DNA of 64,000 bases from Haliotis rubra. Taxonomy: Eukaryota. The notes under the pieces were generated by a model. That model was given only the letters and a program-made list of their open reading frames with translations, was not told the DNA's origin and made no database searches. The stretch covers positions 620,001 through 684,000 of the forward strand of contig NW_025765803.1 in assembly GCF_003918875.1 (NCBI RefSeq), written 5' to 3'. Position numbers and translations under genes: made by a program. Positions 50,137 to 61,344 of this stretch are shown piece by piece. Every line of letters begins with the position of its first letter. Within the stretch, counting starts at the first letter, position 1.

Positions 50137-53100
50137 ATGGCACTTAGTTTTGTCTTCGTTGCCTTCTTGGCAACAGCTGTAAGTGATGTGAGAGCTGCAC
50201 AGTGCGCATGCGCTACCGGAGATGTTTATGTTCGCTCCGATGTCGGTGTCGGAACGAGGCATTCGATACTTGGCGTCTTGAGAGTCGGGTGCTGCACTCT
50301 CTTTGAAGGCGGCTGGAGGTATGGCTGGGTTCGTGTCAACTTCAACGGCAGGGTAGGTATTTCATTATGAACTTAAATGTCTTTAGCATGAGGTATTTGT
50401 GAGTGAAGTGACTGTCATTCGTGTTATTCCGGGACAAGCCGAATAGCGACTAGTGCCCCTCTGGAACGATTTCATATTGGCGCATGAACTACTTTAAACA
50501 AGAACGATAACTCTATTCCTGTTTGATTCTAATGGAACTAATATCACCAATCCACTCGTATATCGTATTGCTGTTGTGATACAAATACAAGAAGGTGAAA
50601 ACATATTAAACACATAATCGAACGCTGTTTATATATATATATAATATATTCTTCCAAAAAAGAAACGCATATAGGCATTTCAACTGTATTTTTATGTTTA
50701 TTTTGAAACATCTTGTAGGATTTATGAGTCAATGAAATATAGCGAAATTGCACACTGGGAATGCAGATTTATCCGTCTTTGGCACCAACTCGATGAAAGT
50801 CAGTTTGAGTGTCACATGGAGACGTGTGGTGGCGCTGAAGTCAATACCTCATGTGACCACCGTGGGCATCCAGAACTGCACGGCATCGCCTCGGCATCGC
50901 CTCGGCATCGCCTCGGCATCGAACGAATAAGCCCTCCCCCAATGGCGATATGACGGTTGGCTTCACTTAGACGTGGCAACGATATTCCAAATACAGTGAA
51001 TAGTCGACAGACAGCGATCAACCTTTTATACCCATCATTGAGACTATCTGACGCCCAACTTTCACGTGCATTGCATGTGAATTGTGTATTCTGTGACACT
51101 TAAAGCCGAAACTGAAAATCATGCTGTTAAATACGGGTATTTTACGAATGGTGCGTTTTGTTGTGATGTTTCAAAACATAAACACCATAGGACTCATAAA
51201 CAGAGCAAAACCTTTTGTAAAATGAATTACGTTTTAATTCATTGTTACATGCGGGTTCGAATCCCCACATGGGTACAATGTGTGAAGCTCATTTCTGGTG
51301 TCCCCCGCCGTGATGTTGCTGGAATATTGCTAAAAACGGCGTAAAACCAAACTCAGTCAGTCAAACCCCTGGTTGAATTTAATAATGAATAATTATTATG
51401 TTGAAAAATGTATGAATGACCCCCAAAACGTCAGACTAAAATATCCCCCCAGAGATGTGAAATATAAGTCAAATGTTAAACATTAAAGTTGACAAATTGC
51501 ATATAGATATAACATTATTGTTTTGAAATTCGTAGCGATTTCCTAACAATATTTCCTTTAAATGTTATGCCGTTAGAGCTGTTATGCAAACAAACGCACG
51601 TGCGTGTATTTAATTCTCTCACTGTCAATCGTATTATTTAGGAGATAAACGTACTGTGTTTTGAAATTAAATGAATGTTAGACCGAATTGATAGTCTCTA
51701 AATTTCATTTGAAGCCCAACGCAAAAAGGTTAAACGTCAAAGGCCTTTAATCTCATACAGTCAACTGAGCGAACTGTTTAAAAAGGCGTAGAATTCCAAC
51801 TTTCTCACTTTCTCCAGATTGTCTAAATCTTCCAAAATACTTTTACACTCAATGTATCATAGATTTGCCGTTTAGTTTCTACAGGATCTTTGTCAATTGG
51901 TCACCAGAGGTGGACGTTAAACCCCTAAATGATGATGGAGCGGTTGTCATATGCTTATGCTTACTAGTTACCTTTAAATCCAGAAGTAATTATTTTTCAC
52001 GCTTTTCCCCGAATATCTGTGTTACAATATCTTTTATACAATTTTTTAAAGGATTTAATGACATTGTGATACCCATTGCAGAACGGGTGGATTTCGGGAC
52101 GCTACGTGAACATTCGGACTTGTTCGGGTAGCTCCGGCACATCGGGTAAAAAAGCAACTTCAGTCATCTAGCTTCCCACAATGTATCCTTCATCTGTGTT
52201 GGTTATTAATGTTAAATCATAACTTCTTTCGAAGCTCATCTTAAAGGAATTTATGAAATCCATGAAAATAGTATCGCAGACATAAAGAAATATCACCCTG
52301 ATCAAACAATTGTTTTACAAGAGTCATCTGTTTATCTTACAATTGTACAAAAAAGCTTGATCGGTTGCACATTAAACATTTTGAAACATACACACGAAAA
52401 TAGGGTCGACTGGAATGTTTCTCGACATAAAGGGGAGCGATGGCTGGCTCCTCTCTTGTCGTACAGATGTTACCTGGACAGAAGTGTTACTCTTTATAGG
52501 TAGCCCCAGCGCTGTCTGTCCCCACATCATCAGCAGGTCCGAGTGGGGCGCTAGATCCCCACGGTCTACTAGCAATCTTGACGGGCCTGTGGAATACGCC
52601 TTCATCCATCATGGAGGCAATGGAGCCTGTTCCAGTCAGAGCTCTTGCTCCGCCATTGTCAGGAGCTATCAGAATTACCATATGGACACACACGGTGAGT
52701 GAGTGAGACCCTGAGTGAGTAAGTCAACCTGAGTGGGCGAGTGAGTCAATCTGAGTAAGTGAGTCAAACCTGAGTGAGTGAACCTGCGTGAGTAAGTGAG
52801 TCAACCTGAACGAGCGAGTGAGTCAACCGAGTAAGTGAGTAAACCTGAGTGAGTGATTCAACCTGATTGACTGAACCTGAGTGAGTGAGACAACCTGAGT
52901 GAGTGAGTGTGTGACAAGTGTCGAGACATTATGTTTTCTCGGGCTTTACAGTGCAAATATATTTATAACACGCGAGCCTGAAGGTGGAAAACAAACCTCT
53001 TAACAAATTTGCTGTTTTTGTCCTATTTAAAGCTAATAAACAAGTCATAAGTATATCATTACACAGAAACAAATACTTGACACGTGATTCCATTTGTTCT

Positions 53101-56100
53101 GAGATAACCAAACATTTTTGATGATCGTAAATTGCTGAAAATGTCTGTACATGTATGTTGTCAATGATGAATTGCTTGGATGTTCATGTTCAGATTGCAT
53201 CTGTGGTTACCCTTCAGGCTGGAGCGACATCGGCTACAGCTTCCTCATAGGCGAGGACGGCAATGTCTACGAGGCTCGTGGCTGGGACAGGACAGGGGCT
53301 CACACCCGGGGCTACAACAGTGTTGGTCTGGGTAAGTTAGTGACTGGACAGGGGCTCAAACCCGGGGCTACAACAGTGTTGGTCTGGGTAAGTTAGTGAC
53401 TGGACAGGGGCTCACACCCGGGGCTACAACAGTGTTGGTCTGTGTAAGTCAGTGACTGGACAGGGGCTCACACCCTGGCCTACAACAGTGTTGGTCTGGG
53501 TAAGTAAAGATTGGACAGGGGCTCACACCCGGGGCTACAACAGTGTTGGTCTGGGTAAGTCAGTGACTGGACAGGGGCTCACACCCGGGGCTACAACAGT
53601 GTTGGTCTGAGTAAGTCAGTGACTGGACATGGGCTCATACCGGGGCTACAACAGTGTTGGTCTTGGTAAATCAGTGACTGGACAGGGGCTCACACCCGCG
53701 GCTACAACAGTGTTGGTCTGGGTAAATCAGTGACAGGACAGGGGCTCACACCCAGGCTACAACAGTGTTTTGTCTGGGAAAGTTAGTGACTGGACAGGGG
53801 CTCACACCCGGGGCTACAACAGTGTTGGTCTGGGTAAGTCAGTGACTGGACAGGGGCTCACACCCTGGCCTACAACAGTGTTGGTCTCGGTAAGTCAGTG
53901 ACAGGACATGAGCTCACCCTGGGCTACAACAGTGTTGGTCTGGGTAAGTCAGTGACTGGACAGGGGCTCAAACCCGGGGCTACAACAGTGTTGGTCTGGG
54001 TAAGTCAATGATTGGACAGGGGCTCACACCCTGGACTACAACAGTGTTGGTCTGGGTAAGTCAGTGACTGGACAGGGGCTCACACCCGGGGCTACAACAG
54101 TGTTGGTCTGTGTAAGTCAGTGACTGGACAGGGGCTCAAACCCGGGGCTACAACAGTATTGGTCTGGGTAAGTCAGTGACTGGACAGGGGCTCACACCTA
54201 TGGTTACAACAGTATTGGTCTGGGTAAGTCAGTGACTGGACAGGGGCTCACACCTATGGTTACAACAGTGTTGGTCTGGGTAAGTCAGTGAAAGGATAGA
54301 GACTCACACCGGGGGTACAACAGTGTTGGCCTGGGTAAGTCAGTGAAAGGACAGAGACTCACACCCGGGGTACAACAGTGTTGGTCTGGGTAAGACAGTG
54401 AAAAGATAGAGACTCACACCCGGGGTACAACAGTGTTGGTCTGGGTAAGTCAGTGAAAGGATAGAGACTCACACCCGGGGCTAAAACAGCGCTGGTCATG
54501 TACTGACTAACTGAGTTTGGTTTTACTCCGCTTTTAGCATACACGGTGGGGGACACCAGAAATGGGCTTCACACATTGTACCCATGTGGGGATTCGAACC
54601 AGGGTCTTCGGCGTGACGAGCAAACGCTTTCACCACTAGGCCACCCCATCGCCAACTTTGTCATGTAGGTCATTGACATGACAGATACTCACACCCGGGG
54701 TACAAGAGTATATGGTTTGGAAAAGCCAGCAACAGGACATTAGCTCACCCGGGGCTACAACAACGGAGCTATGTAGTGTTGGCCTGGGTAACTGACTGAC
54801 TGACTGAGTTTAGTTTTACGCCGCTTTTAGCAATATTCCAGCAATATCACGGCGGGGGACACCAGAAATGGGCTTAACACATTGTGCCCATGTGGGGAAT
54901 CGAACCCGGGCCTTCGGCGTGACGAGCCAACGCTTTAACCACTAGGCTACCCCACCGCCCCCTGGCCTGGGTAAGCCAGTAACAGGACAAGGGTTCACAA
55001 ATAAAGCTACAGCAGTGTTGGTAGGTGTAAGCCAGTAACAGGACAAGGGTTCACAAACGGAGATATGGTAGTACTAGTGTTGGTGAGGGTAAGCCAGTGA
55101 CAGGACAAGGGTTCACAAACGGAGCTATGTAGCGTTGGTAAGAGTAAACCAGTACCAGGACAAGGGTTCGCAAACGGAGCTATGTAGTGTTAGTAAGAGT
55201 AAACCAGTGACAGGACAAGGGTTCACAAACGGAGCTATGTTGTGTTGGTAAGGGTAAGCCAGTAACAGGACAAGGGTTCACAAACGGTGCTATGTAGTGT
55301 TGGTAATGGTAAACCAGTAACAGGACAAGGGTTCACAAACGGAGCTATGTAGTGTTGGTAGGGGTAAGCCAGTGACAGGACAAGGGTTCACAAACGGAGC
55401 TATGTAGTGTTGGTAGGGTAAGCCAGTAACAGGACAAAGGTTCACAAACGGAGCTATGTAGTGTTGGTAAGAGTATGCCAGTAACAGGACAAGGGTTCAC
55501 AAACGGAGCTATGTAGTGTTGGTAGGGGTAGGCCAGTGACAGGACAAGGGTTCACAAACGGAGCTATGTAGTGTTGGTAGGGGTAAGCCAGTTACAGGAC
55601 AAGGATTCACAAACGGAGCTATGTAGTGTTGGTAAGGGTAAACCAGTGACAGGACAGGGGTTCACAAAAGGAGCTATGTCTTGTTGGTAAGAGTAAGCCA
55701 GTGACAGGACAAGTGTTAACAAACGGAGCTATGTAGTGTTGGTAGGGGTAAACCAGTAACAGGACAAGGGTTCACAAACGGAGCTATGTAGTGTTGGTAA
55801 GGGTAAACCAGTGACAGGACAGGGGTTCACAAACGGAGCTATGTAGTGTTGGTAAGGGTAAGCCAGTGACAGGACAAGGGTTCACAAACGGAGCTATGTA
55901 GTGTTGGTAGGGGTAAACCAGTAACAGGACAAGGATTCACAAACGGAGCTATGTAGTGTTGGTAAGGGTAAACCAGTGACAGGACAGGGGTTCACAAAAG
56001 GAGCTATGTCTTGTTGGTAAGAGTAAGCCAGTGACAGGACAAGTGTTAACAAACGGAGCTATGTAGTGTTGGTAGGGGTAAACCAGTAACAGGACAAGGG

Positions 56101-56770
56101 TTCACAAACGGAGCTATGTAGTGTTTGTAGGGGTAAACCAGTGACAGGACAAGGGTTCACAAACGGAGCTATGTAGTGTTGGTAGGGTAAACCAGTAACA
56201 GGACAAGGGTTCACAAACGGATTTATGTCGTGTTGGTAAGAGTAAACCTGTGACAGGACAAGGGTTCACAAACGGATTTATGTCTTGTTGGTAAGAGTAA
56301 ACCAGTGACAGGACAAGGGTTCACAAAAGGAGCTATGTAGTGTTGGTAAGGGTAAACCAGTAACAGGACAAGGGTTCACAAACGGGACTATGTAGTGTTG
56401 GTAAGGGTAAACCAGTGACAGGACAAGGGTTCACAAAAGGAGCTATTTAGTGTTGGTAAGAGTAAACCAGTGACAGGACAAGGGTTCACAAACGGAGCTA
56501 TGTAGTGTTGGTAAGGATAAACCAGTGACAGGACAAGGGTTTACATGTCTATTGTATTTCACCTATTCAGGTTTCTGTTTCATCGGTAACTTCATGACGC
56601 GTGCCCCCAACAGTGCGGCTATCAACACTGCCAAGGCCCTTATTGCTTGCGGCGTCAGCATGGGCAAGATTCAGTCCAACTACATCCTCAGAGGCCACCG
56701 CGACATGGGCAGGACTGACTGTCCCGGGACAGCTCTGTACAACATCATCAGAACGTGGCTGCGCTATTGA
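50137..56770 (+). CDS. PGRP: Secreted SH3b-domain peptidoglycan recognition protein (amidase type), copy 4, 262 aa
   Basis: Exons 50137-50352, 52082-52145, 52500-52694, 53218-53331, 56571-56770 (789 nt, same phases as copy 3). Motifs [66 protein letters not shown] at 56814. Confidence 0.92.
52695..52910 (+). repeat. GTGAGT/GTAAGT-rich low-complexity repeat starting at the PGRP4 exon 3 donor
   Basis: CACG|GTGAGTGAGTGAGACCCTGAGTGAGTAAGTCAACCTGAGT... Confidence 0.8.
53289..54497 (+). repeat. 56-bp minisatellite (about 21 units) derived from the PGRP4 exon 4 3' end plus splice donor
   Basis: Unit GTAAGTCAGTGACTGGACAGGGGCTCACACCCGGGGCTACAACAGTGTTGGTCTGG. About the last 40 nt are identical to exon 4 codons [13 protein letters not shown]. 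Confidence 0.95.
54792..54962 (-). mobile_element. tRNA-derived SINE, family 2 (box A/box B head, 3' tail shared with family 1)
   Basis: Reverse strand GGGGCGGTGGGGTAGCCTAGTGGTTAAAGCG..GGTTCGATTCCC..GGAATATTGCTAAAAGCGGCGTAAAAC(CAGT)n with TSD TGGCCTGGGTAA. Other copies at about 1421-1545(+), 23838-24006, 26586-26757, 30945-31060, 33093-33357, 33668-33812, 51252-51362(+), 54503-54652. Confidence 0.9.
54963..56541 (+). repeat. 55-bp minisatellite (about 28 units), diverged derivative of the 56-bp exon/donor unit
   Basis: Unit GTAAACCAGTGACAGGACAAGGGTTCACAAACGGAGCTATGTAGTGTTGGTAAGG aligns end to end with the 56-bp unit. Confidence 0.93.
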
Positions 56771-59389
56771 AATGTCCATTTCACAAGACATATATTAATG
56801 GTATGTCATTTTGAATAAATTTGATGATAGACTGAATTTCATTAGTTTTGCAAACTAACGTGATCATTGTAGGAACATTCACCAAATACAGGGAAATTAC
56901 TCAACGTTACCGTTTGTGTCTAGAATTTAAATAAAATTTATTTTGTTTGTTTTTGTTTTTCTTATTTGATTTTCAATGTTGCTGTGGACAATAGTCTGCA
57001 TGTCCGTTTTGTTTTTTGTTTTGTTTGTCGTTTAACGCTGCAGTCAGCAACATTCTCTTCTTTGAGAGGCATTGTAGAAGTTGTAAAGATGAAGGAATTC
57101 AAGGTTCTATGGATAGTCACTTGCTTCATAGCGACATTAGTACCTACACCGAAACGTCGCACTCATTTGCAATAAAGAAGTTGACTATCCACACAAGCTG
57201 GTTTTCCTTAATATTCCACCTATGTGGCGGCAGTCTGTAAATAATCGAGTCTGGTCCATACAATCCAGTGATAAACAGCATAAAAATCGATCTACGCGCT
57301 TCGGATACGATGGCATGTGTCAACCAAGTCAGCGAGCCTGACTACCAGATCCCGTTAGTCGTCTATTACGACAAGCATGGGTTGCTGAAGACCAGTTCCA
57401 GCCCGGATTTTCACGGTCTAATGTCTGACTCCAGTTACACGTATATATTACGTAGGTACCTTACTTATAGTCGTTGGGTTGTGGTCGAAGCAAGTTGATG
57501 GGTCAACGTTTGTAGATCTGACCATTCTTTATAATTTCGCGGGAACTTGGACTTTCATCGACTGCTTGACTTGAAAATGTAAGAATTCTTGTCCAGCAAT
57601 GGCTTCTTAAAAGCAAGCATTAGCTGTAAATGTCTCCTGAACAAGCGTCGACCAATCAGAGGGCCTGCTTCGACCACACCTCACACCTCTGCGGACCTAT
57701 CGTCATCCATTTGTGACCAGATCGTTAAGTTGAGCATCAGAATCGTCTTTCAGTCGACTTGTAGAAATGACAATAAATGATTGGTAGCTGTCGTGAGTGC
57801 TGATCCATAGTCCAATCATCCATGAATATGTGTACATTCGATTGCATGTGGTGTTAGCGTAGCGTTCGGCAAAGCAGGCGGGTGGGGTGCACCGAAGCGT
57901 CCGGCCTTGTCATGATTCATTGTACTATGAAGCGGTGTTCATCTTCAATCCTCTCAAAGACACGAGGTCCTGTGACTCAGGAACCTAATCGCCAGTGCAC
58001 AAATTCAACCGTCTAACCCACTCAGCCAATGCCGCTTCCACAAAAATGACAACTGGTAATCTAGACCACGGATTTTCTGTACGGCTCCAACACATGTTAT
58101 GTTTGGAACAACACTTTCTCAGTAAAGTACAGATTCTAGTACTTTCGTTGGATTGTGTCATACCCATAGGGCGTGGGTTCCTGGGTGGGACTTAAAAAAA
58201 AGAAGAGTTTACTGAGAAAGTATATTACCAAGTATTAACATGTGAAACATTAGACCAGGTTCTAAACGGCATTGTATATTCATATTTGAAATCAGTTCGG
58301 AAAAATATTTCACTTACTGTGGGCACGAGTTTTCTAGCAGTAGAGACAGTGACTGAAGTAATGTCACCGTGCCCTGCGTTAAACCTATACAAAGTGTGTT
58401 AACTAGGGCGAATCAAAGTTGAAGCCGCTCTAAAATTTGCAGTATACTAAGAGGCCCAAGTGAGGTGGCGGCAGATGGTAATAAATCAAAGCATGATGAA
58501 ATCTTCAGCACATACTTCCAAGTGTGTTGTCATCAGTAGGGGATGTACGAAACAATGTTTACGAATCTACCACACTTAAACACAGAAGCACACTCGTTTA
58601 TGTTGTCATAAACGATTGTTTACATTTATAACAACCTTGATCAGTCCCCTTTGCTTGTCACAACAAGCATGTAAATTACATCAGGTGATCAGTCTGTCCT
58701 CGATATCACAACCCAGACGCACCCGACAGAGAGCAGTGTAGGTAAGATGGTTCTTGCTCTGTTGAACATATTGGTGTGTTGTTACATACATATCTGTGTT
58801 CGTGATAAGATGAAATGCTCCAAGTGGAATACACATACAATATGCATAGTTCTAGAAATGATAACAACATAGACAGCCGTAACACATTGTAATCCATTAT
58901 GCGATATACAGGAGATACTAAGGCACCTAACCCGTGAAGATCTTGGTTAGAGCTGATATTCAGTAACCCATGCTTGTCGTAAATGGCGACTAACGGGATC
59001 GGATGGTCAGGCTCGCTGACTTTGTTGTCATCGGTTCCCGAATAGGTAGATCGATGCTCATGATGTTGATCACTGGATTGTCTGGTCCAGACTCGATTAT
59101 TAACAGACCGCCGCCATATAGCTGGAATCCGCGCAATACAATCTTTAATATATTAGTATATATGAAACGAGCGAAAGCGAGTTTAATACTAAATCTTTCA
59201 CGAGTTAAATAAAAATAGTATTTCACGGAAGCGGTTTAGTGTTCTGTTTATTACTCTCCAACATAAATTGATAGAAACTGCCTACAGTGTGATGACTCTG
59301 AGCTTTCCGCGAGTCAACATTAGCATTGAGACATCATAACTGTAAACTATTATGACGTAATATGCCAGGCGTACATTAGACCGTATTAC

Positions 59390-61340
59390 CCGAGGGAGAG
59401 GTTTACAACGTAGCTACTTTAGAAATGTACAGTTTGATATTTCCCGTTTTTCACCTCCTGATGAATACATCGAGTGTCACAATAGTTATATCACAGAATG
59501 TCTACATGCTGCAACTATACTTGCAATTCCTACTTCAGAATTCCAAGCACAATTAAAGCCATACTGGAGGAAGTATGAACTTAAAGAACGTCATGACCAT
59601 AAGCGTAATTACAGTAAAAAATGGATTTCTAATGGCAAAAGCCACAGCTCAGATGACACATATTTTATTGAATATAAACAAGCTAAACGTGCATTTCGAA
59701 GAAACCACCGTTCAGCTAAGCAACGTTACAGAAATGAAACATTTGATGAAATTTACCAAGCAGCTGAGGTAGACATCCAAGAGTTCTTTAGAGTTACAAA
59801 AAAGTTAAAACGTAACAGGGAGCAAACACAGTCTCTAACCTATAACAGTGACTCCTGTAACACGCGGGAAGGTGTATGTAATCTCTTTGCCAGGTACTTC
59901 AGAGACTTGTCTGTACCTCAGGTCCAGAATGCTTTGATACTGGATTTACAGAGCAAGTTGATAAGTTTGTAGAAGATGTTGTATATAACCCTGTAAATGA
60001 CGACAGTCATTCAGTCATTCTCTCCCCATTTACTAAAGATGAGGTACTTGATAGAGTAAAACGTCTTAAAAACAACAACTCTCCAGGTCCAGATGATATT
60101 CCAAACGAGCATGTAAAGTATGCTGGTCGGTCTGTTATTGACCATATTGTATCACTATTTAATGCCATTGTATCGTTTGAGTATGTACTAAATGCATTTA
60201 GTGTTGGTAATATTTTACCAATTCACAAAGGAAATGGTAAAAGCAAGCATGATCCATGTAATTATAGAGGTATCACTCTTACACCTGTTCTGTCAAAACG
60301 TTTTGAAAGATTACTGCTCAAAAGAATTGAAACATGAACAAAAGCTGAATAAGATTTCCCCACCCTCTCCAGTTTGGATTTAGAAAGTGTGCGGCGCTTA
60401 CTCTAACTTAAAGAATGGCCTACTATGTCGAAACAAATTCACCTGTTTATTGTGCCTTCCTTGATAATGAGAAAGCGTTTGACAGAGTTTGGTTGAATGG
60501 ACTTTTCTATAAGCTTTACAATTTCGGGATTCGATGTAAACTGTGGCGACATATATACACTATGTACACATCAATGAAATCATGTGTTAGCACTGATGGC
60601 ACTATTTCTAATGTATTTGATGTAAAACAGTGGGTAGGTCAGGGTCGTGTCTTATCAGCTTGGTTCTTCACTCTATATATAAACGCCTTTCTTCACAGTA
60701 TCGTTGACTCTGGGCATGGCATATGTTTACCATGGGGTAAAACACCAGGGGTGCTGTTAGCCGACGACTTGTCTTTGTTAAGTGCATGCCCAGGTGGACT
60801 TCAAAGTGTGCTTGATGTTGTACATAAGTATGCGCACACATGGCACTTGTGTTTTACTGCAGCAAAGAGTTTATTTCTTGTATTTGGAGACACAAAAAAG
60901 AAATGTCCATCCTATAATATACATTGGTGAGACTGAAATACCCTTTAATACCTTTTAATACACATGTAAAATTTCCTGGCCTCCAAATCTGTTCATCCAG
61001 TAGAATTATAGAATTTACGCAGTTTGTATGTGAAAGGCTTAGGATACTCCTTAATGCCAATAAGAACCATGGCCTTCACCCACTTTGTTGCGGTAAACTA
61101 TGTAACAGCGATACTGAATTTGTATTTAAGAAAGTGCTTGTGCATAGACTTTGTCAGCACAGACAGACTTCATCACTGGAGAAAGAGCGATATAGCAAGT
61201 CATCGCCAATCTTCCACATGCTCAACAATGTATGACCTAGATATGCATTTGTACAACTATGTAAACCAATCTTCCTTCCTAACGAAGGCTGAGTGGTCTG
61301 TACTAGTTAAAGAAAGAATACCAGTGTATTCTGGAAAAAT
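59390..61340 (+). mobile_element. Degenerate LINE ORF2 (RT) fragment
   Basis: NSPGPDDIPNEH, NYRGITL, FLDNEKAFDRV, GQGRVLS, LLADD motifs across frameshifts. Confidence 0.85.
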
Positions 61341-61344
61341 CTGA

